From the NCBI GenBank assembly GCA_964436255.1, contig CAYTBW010000004.1, positions 2,685 to 66,684 of the forward strand: DNA of 64,000 nucleotides, read 5' to 3'. The position numbers were made by a program, and so were the translations under genes. The notes under the pieces are model-generated. The model did not search any database. It worked only from the letters and a program-made list of their open reading frames with translations, and was not told the origin of the DNA. The DNA comes from an uncultured Candidatus Saccharibacteria bacterium. Lineage in GTDB: Bacteria > Patescibacteriota > Saccharimonadia > CAILAD01 > JADZBC01. Of the stretch, positions 19,896 through 27,483 are shown piece after piece (the stretch's first letter is position 1; the number at the start of each line of letters is the position of its first letter).

Positions 19896-20524
19896 CCCAA
19901 AACCTCCATTAGCTCCGAGTATCTGCTAAGCACGTCTTCGCAATCGAATAAATATGAGTTGGTATTTACCACATCAAATCCTGCCTTAGCAATTTTCGGC
20001 AGCGTCTCCAAGCTGACCCCTCCGTCGAGGCCAATCTCTAGCTTCGGCGCCAATTCGCGCAGCTGCTGTGCTTTCCTTAACACCCGAGGCTGCAAGGCCT
20101 GGCCTGCAAACCCAGCCGGATAAGCCATAACGAGTACATGGTCGACGCTATGGACAAGTTCAGGAGCTACGTCCCCAACCTGCGTAGATGGGTTGAGCGC
20201 AATGCCGACAGAAATTCCCTTTTCGCGAAGGAGACGAAGTGCATCTTCGATATTAACAGCATCCTCGTACTGGAGGATTGCCAAATGGGGCCTAAATACA
20301 ATTATTGCCTGCACATAATCCATTGGCCGATGCGACATTAAATGAATGTCACAATTCATGTCGCGGCGCGGTTCTATATCACCCAGACCCAGAGTCGGGT
20401 TGTCTGCGTATTCAGGGTCAACTAGGTCCAGCTGATAGCGATCAGTCAGCTGGCGAACCAAACGAATCTTCTGCTGATAGTCCTGGAGGTTCGATGACAA
20501 TATCGCGGGGATAACTTTAGCCAT
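19892..20524 (-). CDS. rpe: ribulose-phosphate 3-epimerase
   Basis: Start chosen at MAKVIPAILS (track ORF extends to 20554); TIM-barrel epimerase motifs. Confidence 0.8.
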   Translation of the reverse strand: MAKVIPAILSSNLQDYQQKIRLVRQLTDRYQLDLVDPEYADNPTLGLGDIEPRRDMNCDIHLMSHRPMDYVQAIIVFRPHLAILQYEDAVNIEDALRLLREKGISVGIALNPSTQVGDVAPELVHSVDHVLVMAYPAGFAGQALQPRVLRKAQQLRELAPKLEIGLDGGVSLETLPKIAKAGFDVVNTNSYLFDCEDVLSRYSELMEVLG

Positions 20525-20966
20525 TACTGCTCTCGATATCCTTAATTTCATCAATCCTACGCTGGTGTCGTACTCCCTCCGAAAACTCAGTCGACAACCA
20601 GGTGGTCACGATGCCCAGCATCTCTTCTTCACTTAGTTCGGCAGCAGGCAAACTCAGCACATTACTGTTATTGTCTCGGCGCGTCTCGTAAGCAATGTGC
20701 TCATTCCAGGCTACGGCCGCCCTTACCCCATCCACTTTATTTGCGGCGATCTCCATGCCTTGACCGCTATCGCACACCAGAACACCCATTGAACCCGCAT
20801 CCTCCACTACGGCTCGTGCGACCCTCTCTGCGAAAACTGGATAGTCATCTCCAGGGTTTAGCTGCTCTGGGCCCAAATCAACCACAGTGAACTTGCCAGC
20901 CAACTTGCTTGCAAGGTGCTGCTTCTTCACAAACCCGGCATGATCGGAGGCTAGGTAGACTTTCAT
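20517..20966 (-). CDS. rpiB: ribose-5-phosphate isomerase B
   Basis: 149 aa RpiB/LacAB family (MKVYLASDHAGF...). Confidence 0.85.
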   Translation of the reverse strand: MKVYLASDHAGFVKKQHLASKLAGKFTVVDLGPEQLNPGDDYPVFAERVARAVVEDAGSMGVLVCDSGQGMEIAANKVDGVRAAVAWNEHIAYETRRDNNSNVLSLPAAELSEEEMLGIVTTWLSTEFSEGVRHQRRIDEIKDIESSNG

Positions 20967-21982
20967 TACTTTTTTATGGAATTACCTGCTAATTCGACCA
21001 TTTCAACCAACCGATTCGAGTAGCCCCATTCGTTGTCATACCAAGCAACGACTTTGACCAAGTCTCCGCCCACTACATTGGTGAGTTTTGCATCAATAAT
21101 GGCCGAATGGGAGTTACCTTTGAAATCAACCGAAACAAGCTCATCCTGAGTGACCGAGATTATTCCCCTATGGCTTGTAGCTGCGGCGTGCGTCAAGATC
21201 TTGTTGACTTCATCCACGTCAGTTTTACGCTTTGCCACAAAGGTAATATCGCTCAACGAAACAACCGGGGAAGGCACGCGAATGCTCAGTCCGTCAAAGC
21301 GATCCTTTAGGCTGGGAACCGTCAGTGCAGCAGCAATAGCTGCACCAGTGGTAGTAGGGACGATATTCTGAGCGGCAGCACGAGCTTCACGTAAGTCTTT
21401 GGCTGGTCCGTCTTGAAGCATCTGGCTGGCAGTATACGAGTGCACGGTAGTCATGAGGGACTTAACTACGCCAAGTTCTTTTTCGAGCACAGCCATAACT
21501 GGCGCGATGCAGTTTGTGGTACAAGAGGCGTTAGAGATAATCTTATGATCTGACTTGAGTTGGTCCTCGTTAGCACCAATCACATATGTGTCTCCATGGG
21601 TGTCGTCCTTTTCAGGGGCCGAAAGCACTACCTTCTTGGCGCCAGCAGCCAAGTGGAGTTTTAGATCGTCATGCTTCGTGAACCGGCCCGTAGACTCGAT
21701 CACCACGTCAACATCGAGTGTCTCCCAAGGCAACTTATTGGGCTCTTTAATAGCTGCCACCTGGACCTTCTTGCCGCCAACGCTCAGAAAGCCCTCGCCC
21801 GCAACGACCTCGGCATGATACTCCCCGTAGCTACTATCATGGCGTAGTAAGTGCGCCAGGGTATTAGTGTCCGTAAGATCGTTAATCGCAACGACTTCTA
21901 GCGCCGGATTCGCCATCGCTAACTTAAACGCATTGCGCCCTATCCTGCCAAACCCATTTATAGCAACCCGTACGAGCGCCAT
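20966..21982 (-). CDS. gap: glyceraldehyde-3-phosphate dehydrogenase, type I
   Basis: 338 aa; NGFGRIGR, active site SNASCTTNC. Confidence 0.9.
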   Translation of the reverse strand: MALVRVAINGFGRIGRNAFKLAMANPALEVVAINDLTDTNTLAHLLRHDSSYGEYHAEVVAGEGFLSVGGKKVQVAAIKEPNKLPWETLDVDVVIESTGRFTKHDDLKLHLAAGAKKVVLSAPEKDDTHGDTYVIGANEDQLKSDHKIISNASCTTNCIAPVMAVLEKELGVVKSLMTTVHSYTASQMLQDGPAKDLREARAAAQNIVPTTTGAAIAAALTVPSLKDRFDGLSIRVPSPVVSLSDITFVAKRKTDVDEVNKILTHAAATSHRGIISVTQDELVSVDFKGNSHSAIIDAKLTNVVGGDLVKVVAWYDNEWGYSNRLVEMVELAGNSIKK

Positions 21983-22059
21983 CTTACCCTCCTTTAGTTC
22001 TCAATGCTTATGCTAACATTGTACCCTGTTGTAGGCAGGCTATCAATGAGACTTAAGCG

Positions 22060-22389
22060 CTAAAGCTTCGAATGTGGCTTACATACGTTGCCGGTGCAAT
22101 CTGCGCCATCGATAAGGGCTTCGATATCTTTGGCATCGTGCATGCCGCATAATGCCTGCTTTGTCTTAGTATTCACAAGTGCAGGAACGGCGGCAAAGCC
22201 ACCACAAGCTTCGCCGATAATGTCTTCGTACTCCATCATGAGCTTCTTGTTCTCTGCATTGTTCCAAACCTCTAGCTTGCGGATCTCGACATTCTTTTCC
22301 TTCTCCAATCCCTCGACAATCGGCCTAAGTGAAATGCAATGCGGACAAGTTTCCCCGTAAAACTCAATTATATGGTTAAGCTTCGTCAT
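22060..22389 (-). CDS. thioredoxin-family protein
   Basis: 109 aa; CPHC active site. Confidence 0.65.
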   Translation of the reverse strand: MTKLNHIIEFYGETCPHCISLRPIVEGLEKEKNVEIRKLEVWNNAENKKLMMEYEDIIGEACGGFAAVPALVNTKTKQALCGMHDAKDIEALIDGADCTGNVCKPHSKL

Positions 22390-22834
22390 GTTTTGTATCC
22401 TCCTTGGTTATAAATAGCAGCCCTGCAAACAGAAATATCAGTGTAGAGCTTAGCGCGGACAACAGACAGTACTGGCACCAGGCCTGAATTATTACTCCTT
22501 GAATGTAAACGAGCCCTAGCGAACTAATAAAACCGACTGTCCCTCCGAGCAGTAATAGCCATTTGAGCCATAGCTTGCGAAGTTGTAAGTAATAGAGCGC
22601 GATAACCAACATGCCGATGTAGAAGATTACACCAAACAGTGCTAAGGGTACGCCAAAGACCTCCGAGTATTTGCTCGTCAGAACTTCCTCACAACCACCC
22701 GTTACCGAGCATGGCAACAGCTTGCCAGTATAGTGCTGCTGGGTCAAAAGCACGGCATCAAGAAGCCCAAGCGACGCCACTACAGCGATCAACCCTCCGA
22801 ATAATTTATTGCGCGAGAGCTTTTTCAATCGCAT
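22376..22834 (-). CDS. vitamin K epoxide reductase (VKOR) family protein
   Basis: 152 aa, multi-TM, CxxC pairs (CSVTGGC, CQYC). Confidence 0.7.
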   Translation of the reverse strand: MRLKKLSRNKLFGGLIAVVASLGLLDAVLLTQQHYTGKLLPCSVTGGCEEVLTSKYSEVFGVPLALFGVIFYIGMLVIALYYLQLRKLWLKWLLLLGGTVGFISSLGLVYIQGVIIQAWCQYCLLSALSSTLIFLFAGLLFITKEDTKHDEA

Positions 22835-23480
22835 TGGTTAAGTCGGTAATTGCATTGAGGTTCACGTACTCGCCGTTCACAAAGAAGCTTGGCGTGCCAG
22901 GCAGCTTCAAGTCCTCGCCCAGCTTCTTATCTTTTTCGACAATCGCTTTAACGTCTTTTGATTTCATGTCCTGCTTGAACTTTCCAACATCCAAGCCAAT
23001 TTGAGCGGCATAGGCTTCATATTTAGGCTGAGGATCTGCAATCTCGCTCCACTCGGCCTGCTTAGCGTAAAGCAAATCGTGCATCTCCCAGAACTTACCC
23101 TGCACAGCAGCGGCTTCAGCGGCGTAAGAAGAGCTTAGGGCATTTTTGTGGATCTCAGTTAGCGGTAGGTGCTTAAACACAAACTTTATTTTGTCACCAT
23201 ACTTAGGGAATAAGCTTTGCTTTAGGATCTCTTCCACATTGGCGCAAGCTGGGCACTGGAAATCTCCAAACTCAGTTACAACCACCTTAGAATCCAAATT
23301 CCCCTTACTGTTCCCTTGTTTCATTTGTTCCTTTTGCGAGTTTGTGGCGACTACTTTAGGCTTTTCGGTGCTATCCCCAGGCTTGCTATCATTACTTGGG
23401 TTCATGACTGCAAACACCACGAATAGTATTGCGCCGACGATGCCGAGAGTTACTAGGATTGGGCTAAGTTTCTTCTTCAT
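22806..23480 (-). CDS. DsbA-family thiol:disulfide oxidoreductase, secreted
   Basis: 224 aa, signal anchor, CPAC active site. Confidence 0.75.
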   Translation of the reverse strand: MKKKLSPILVTLGIVGAILFVVFAVMNPSNDSKPGDSTEKPKVVATNSQKEQMKQGNSKGNLDSKVVVTEFGDFQCPACANVEEILKQSLFPKYGDKIKFVFKHLPLTEIHKNALSSSYAAEAAAVQGKFWEMHDLLYAKQAEWSEIADPQPKYEAYAAQIGLDVGKFKQDMKSKDVKAIVEKDKKLGEDLKLPGTPSFFVNGEYVNLNAITDLTNAIEKALAQ

Positions 23481-23507
23481 ACTTAGGATAATACCAGATT
23501 AGATGGC

Positions 23508-23533
23508 AAAAAAAAAGCTCGGATTAACCGAGC
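23508..23533 (-). terminator. rpmG intrinsic terminator
   Basis: GCUCGG-UUAAU-CCGAGC followed by U9 on minus strand. Confidence 0.65.
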
Positions 23534-23697
23534 TTCATCTTGGTTTCGGTGAACACCTCTACCTTGCGAGTCGCCTTGTCGAATTTCTTTAGAGAAATCT
23601 TATCAGGGCTGTTTGTCTTGTTCTTGCGAGTAAAGTACAGTGAGCCCGTCTTTGGGTTCTTCAGTACAATCAACTCACGTGCGGTCTTCTTTGCCAT
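23524..23697 (-). CDS. rpmG: 50S ribosomal protein L33
   Basis: Manual translation (57 aa, below track cutoff): MAKKTARELIVLKNPKTGSLYFTRKNKTNSPDKISLKKFDKATRKVEVFTETKMKLG; stop codon lies in the loop of terminator hairpin GCTCGG-attaa-CCGAGC plus T9. Confidence 0.8.
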   Translation of the reverse strand: MAKKTARELIVLKNPKTGSLYFTRKNKTNSPDKISLKKFDKATRKVEVFTETKMKLG

Positions 23698-23794
23698 TTG
23701 TTGTTTTCCTAATTACTAATACTAAACAATTGGTTGTTATTCTATCAGAAAAACCCTTTCCAATCAAGGCTTAGGGACTACAAGCTGCACATGC

Positions 23795-23823
23795 TTGCTC
23801 AATCACATGGTCAATTGTAAAAT
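23795..23823 (+). promoter_or_regulatory. promoter TTGCTC-17-TAAAAT with inverted repeat CAATT-gtaa-AATTG over the -10
   Basis: -35 at 23795-23800, -10 at 23818-23823; palindrome 23812-23825; RBS GGAAAGG at 23851-23857. Confidence 0.5.
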
Positions 23824-23865
23824 TGCGAACAGTACCCTACATGATCCAGCGGAAAGGCCACGCTC

Positions 23866-24525
23866 GTGGACCCAATCATCATTACCATTGACGGCGGAGC
23901 AGCAACCGGCACGTCTTCGTTGGCCAAAGCCCTGTCGAAGCATCTCGGCATCCCCTATATGAACACAGGCGAGCTCTACCGTGGCGTCGCCTTTCTTGCC
24001 CGTCAGCAAGGCCTGGACTTCGACTCTCCGGCGGCGATGGCTGCCATCGCCGAGATGATTGAGTTCGAGTTCCACGACGGCACGGTCATCGCACTGAACG
24101 GTCAACCCGTCAGCCAGGAAGACCTGCGCTCCGTCAGCGACATTGTGGAGCGTGTGTCGCCGCACCCGGACGTACGGAAGCACATCCAGGGCTGGCAAAC
24201 CCGCTTTGCCCAGACCAACAACTGCGTACTCGAAGGACGCGACCTGGGCAGCACCGTCTTCCCGAACGCCGCGTTCAAAGTCTTCCTGACCTGCGAGGAC
24301 ACAGAGCGGGCCAAGCGACGGTCGAACCATGAAGGACGCGTGGTGACCGTTGATGAGATCTTGAAGCGAGATCGAGCCGACGCCGAGCGGGACCACTCGC
24401 CCATGGTCTGCCCCGCAGAAGCACATCGCTTCGATACCACCCATACGAGCACGCCTGAGCTCGTGGGGATGGTGGAACGGCTGCTCATCGACATGCCAGG
24501 CGTCTGGGATCGGCTGAACAGCTAG
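23866..24525 (+). CDS. cytidylate kinase homolog with degenerate P-loop (Walker-A lysine replaced)
   Basis: 219 aa, GTG start; aligns to Cmk (ITIDG..., GRDLGSTVFPNAAFKVFLT, ERAKRR, RDRADAERD) but P-loop reads GGAATGTSS instead of GPSGAGKGT; GC about 60% in a 45% context. Confidence 0.7.
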   Translation: MDPIIITIDGGAATGTSSLAKALSKHLGIPYMNTGELYRGVAFLARQQGLDFDSPAAMAAIAEMIEFEFHDGTVIALNGQPVSQEDLRSVSDIVERVSPHPDVRKHIQGWQTRFAQTNNCVLEGRDLGSTVFPNAAFKVFLTCEDTERAKRRSNHEGRVVTVDEILKRDRADAERDHSPMVCPAEAHRFDTTHTSTPELVGMVERLLIDMPGVWDRLNS

Positions 24526-24539
24526 CGCGCGTACGCCCC

Positions 24540-24596
24540 GAGGCCCCTGCTAAAGATCACCGTGATCTTCTGCAGGGGCCTCCCTCATTTATTTAA
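24540..24596 (+). terminator. rho-independent terminator (11-bp GC stem with nested hairpin, U-tract)
   Basis: GAGGCCCCTGC-taaagatcaccgtgatcttc-GCAGGGGCCTC then CCTCATTTATTTAAT. Confidence 0.7.
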
Positions 24597-24598
24597 TC

Positions 24599-25417
24599 CT
24601 ATATATCTAGTTCAATACTAACTGGGCAATGATCTGAGCCCATTACTTCCGGGTGGATGTCGGCAGCCAATACTTTGTCCTTCAGTGAAGAAGAGACCAA
24701 GAAATAATCAATACGCCAGCCTACGTTGTTGGCCCGTGCACCACCCCAATGCGACCACCATGTATAGAAACCATTGCCCTGATAGAACAAGCGCAATGTA
24801 TCTACAAACCCAGCATCTATGAAATTCTGGAAGCCCTCACGCTCTTCATCCGTAAAGCCCTTCTTGCCAATGTTTGGCTTTGGGCGAGCTAGGTCCTCTT
24901 CGGTATGCGCCACATTCAAATCCCCACAAAATACAACTGGCTTGGTCTTTTCTAGCTCCTGGCAATAATCCAAGAACGCCGGATCCCAATGCTTGTGCCT
25001 AAGTGGGATGCGAGACAGATCATCCTTAGCGTTCGGTGTATAAACTGTCACCAAGTAGAAGTCTTCGTACTCAGCTGTCATCACCCGGCCCTCCGCATTT
25101 GGATCCCCATACTGGTCCGCCATGTCATACTTAGCAATGATTGCTTCGGGTAGTCCATTAACAACACTCAGTGGATCGGTCTTTGAAAAGATTGCGGTAC
25201 CAGAGTAGCCAGGTCTCTCAGCAGAATTCCAGTGTTCATTATAGTCAGGTAAGTCAATCTCTACTTGCTCTCGCTTGGCCTTCGTTTCTTGCAAGCAAAG
25301 GATGTCCGGGGTGTTTTCTTCGATGAAAGGCATGAACGCGTCTTTGCGCAGCACGGCCCTAATCCCGTTCACGTTCCAAGAGAATATCTTGAGCCTAGCC
25401 ATGTAGAGCACCCTCAC
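24599..25417 (-). CDS. xth: exodeoxyribonuclease III
   Basis: 272 aa; Exo/endo/phosphatase fold, WNVNGIRA N-terminus (real start possibly MARLKIF at 25402). Confidence 0.85.
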   Translation of the reverse strand: MRVLYMARLKIFSWNVNGIRAVLRKDAFMPFIEENTPDILCLQETKAKREQVEIDLPDYNEHWNSAERPGYSGTAIFSKTDPLSVVNGLPEAIIAKYDMADQYGDPNAEGRVMTAEYEDFYLVTVYTPNAKDDLSRIPLRHKHWDPAFLDYCQELEKTKPVVFCGDLNVAHTEEDLARPKPNIGKKGFTDEEREGFQNFIDAGFVDTLRLFYQGNGFYTWWSHWGGARANNVGWRIDYFLVSSSLKDKVLAADIHPEVMGSDHCPVSIELDI

Positions 25418-25652
25418 TTATCAAAAGGTCTCGTTTCTTCTCTCTCCCACGGTTGTATTCGCCTGCTTTGCCGTCGGCTCGAATCACTCGATGACAGGGA
25501 ATATTCGGGTCATAGTTCTGGCTCAATATCGTACCAACCGCGCGTGCTGCCCCTGGACTACCAGCAGCCTTGGCGACGTCACCGTACGTCATGACCATGC
25601 CCTTCGGTATTTGACGCACCACTTCATAAACTTTGTCTCTAAATTCAGGCAT
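25395..25652 (-). CDS. MGMT-family DNA-binding domain protein (methylated-DNA-protein-cysteine methyltransferase C-terminal domain-like)
   Basis: 85 aa with PCHRV motif. Confidence 0.7.
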   Translation of the reverse strand: MPEFRDKVYEVVRQIPKGMVMTYGDVAKAAGSPGAARAVGTILSQNYDPNIPCHRVIRADGKAGEYNRGREKKRDLLISEGALHG

Positions 25653-25658
25653 AGCAAC

Positions 25659-26909
25659 CTAGGCAGATAATCGGCTTTCGATATCTCTAACTTCCGCAAT
25701 TGGCAGCATAAAAGTCTCAAACGCGCCGCTGCGGCTTACTACCTCGACCGAATCATGCTCTAAGGTTTTGCGCGAGATCACAATCTGCACCGGGCACCCG
25801 ATCAAATCAGCGTCGGCAAACTTAGCACCCGGGCTTACCTCCGCGCGATCATCAAACAGGCAGTTATTAGCCCCTAGCTGATTGTAGATCTTGGCGCCAG
25901 CGTCAATATTTGCTTCATCCGGCAATGCCACAATGTGGTATTTAAAAGGGGCTACGCTTTCAGGCCACACCAAGCCCTTGTCGTCGTGATGCTTTTCTGC
26001 AATTACCCCCATAACCCTACTGACCCCTATGCCGTAACAGCCCATAATCGCATGGTTCCTCTTACCCTCATTATCGGTATACGCCAAATCAAATGCTTTT
26101 GAGAATTTTTGACCTAAGTCAAATACATTGCCAACTTCCGCAGCTTTTGCCTCACTAAGCGTACCCTTACTGCATCTTGGGCAGCTATCGCTTGGCTTTA
26201 CCTCTGCAATCTCGTCCTCGACACAGAAGTCGCACTTGTCACAATAGTAAACTACGTCTTCGCCCGCATCAGTCAGGACCTCGAACTCGTAGGAAACTTT
26301 ATCTGTAAAATTACCGCCTGAAGCCTCGGTTACTTTTGCCTCTAGGCCAAGCTCCTTGAAAACCTCGATGTAAACATCCTTTGCCTTCTTATAATATGCC
26401 TCGAAATCTTCTTGGCTCGTATGAAAACTGTACATATCCTTCATAAGGAACTCCCGGCCGCGCATGATGCCAGATTTTGCCCTCAACTCATCTCGATATT
26501 TCCAGCCGATCTGATATACGGAAAGGGGCAGATTTCGATACGACTGCGCTCGAGTCAACACAAGTGGAGCAACTACTTCTTCTTCACTCTGGCCAAGAGC
26601 GTATTCGTTACCAGTCCGGCTGTTGATTTTGAACAACACATCGATGCTGTCCCAGCCGCCAGTGGTCTTCCAGATTGAGCTAGGGTGCAAGGTAGGCATT
26701 AGAACCTCCTGCGAACCAAGCTCGTTCATATGCTTTCGGACAACACCCTCGATCTTGCGAAGCGTAATAAGCCCGAGCGGCAGATAACTATATACTCCCG
26801 CCATAAGCTGGTCTACAAACCCTGCTCGAGTAAGCAGCTGAGCGTTGAGTGATTTTTCCTGGTCAGATATGTTCTTACTTGTTTGGGAGAATAATTGAGA
26901 ATACTTCAT
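25659..26909 (-). CDS. proS: proline--tRNA ligase (short bacterial/archaeal-like form without insertion/editing domain)
   Basis: 416 aa; class II aaRS motifs, AGFVDQLMAGVYSYLPLG. Confidence 0.8.
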   Translation of the reverse strand: MKYSQLFSQTSKNISDQEKSLNAQLLTRAGFVDQLMAGVYSYLPLGLITLRKIEGVVRKHMNELGSQEVLMPTLHPSSIWKTTGGWDSIDVLFKINSRTGNEYALGQSEEEVVAPLVLTRAQSYRNLPLSVYQIGWKYRDELRAKSGIMRGREFLMKDMYSFHTSQEDFEAYYKKAKDVYIEVFKELGLEAKVTEASGGNFTDKVSYEFEVLTDAGEDVVYYCDKCDFCVEDEIAEVKPSDSCPRCSKGTLSEAKAAEVGNVFDLGQKFSKAFDLAYTDNEGKRNHAIMGCYGIGVSRVMGVIAEKHHDDKGLVWPESVAPFKYHIVALPDEANIDAGAKIYNQLGANNCLFDDRAEVSPGAKFADADLIGCPVQIVISRKTLEHDSVEVVSRSGAFETFMLPIAEVRDIESRLSA

Positions 26910-26992
26910 AGAACTATTATTCTACATTCGACCCCTTTACGCCAGAGCAATCCAGATATCGACATATCCCACAAAAAGCTTATAATGTACTT

Positions 26993-27448
26993 ATGAAAAA
27001 GCATAAGAAGAATCCTCGCAAAAAAGCTAGTAAATATCATCTAGCGCAACTGCGACACCTGCGCAGAGTACGGGCTTTGTACGAACACAACGCGGCAACG
27101 GGCATTGCCCTCATTACTCCATTCGCCATCATTATAGCTATTAGCATCCTATACCGGCTTAGCTTGCCGGAATCTGACAGCCTAGCGCAGTTTTACGAAA
27201 TGTGGGTTTTCCAGCCTTTAGTGGTGGTTTTGTGGGCAGTGATATTCCCCCTCATAGCGCTCTTGATCAACCTAGGTTCAGTAGTGACTATCGTTAAAGA
27301 CCACCGCTACAACGGAAAAATCAGGCCAGAGCACTTACTCAGGGACCTGTGGCCCAGCCTTGGTATCGTGCTGTTTGTACTCATTGCCTTCACACTGGTT
27401 TTCGGTGGCGGACTCGAGAACATTGCCAACACGCTGCAGACGGTCTAA
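26993..27448 (+). CDS. hypothetical membrane protein
   Basis: 151 aa, basic N-terminus, 3-4 TM helices. Confidence 0.45.
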   Translation: MKKHKKNPRKKASKYHLAQLRHLRRVRALYEHNAATGIALITPFAIIIAISILYRLSLPESDSLAQFYEMWVFQPLVVVLWAVIFPLIALLINLGSVVTIVKDHRYNGKIRPEHLLRDLWPSLGIVLFVLIAFTLVFGGGLENIANTLQTV

Positions 27449-27483
27449 GCATCACATGATACTACTTATGCTTAGGCTCAATA

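Noticed and set aside
23803-24494. 213-aa and 130-aa ORFs antisense to the cmk-like gene
   Set aside because: Shadow ORFs of the GC-rich cmk homolog. No start context and no motifs.
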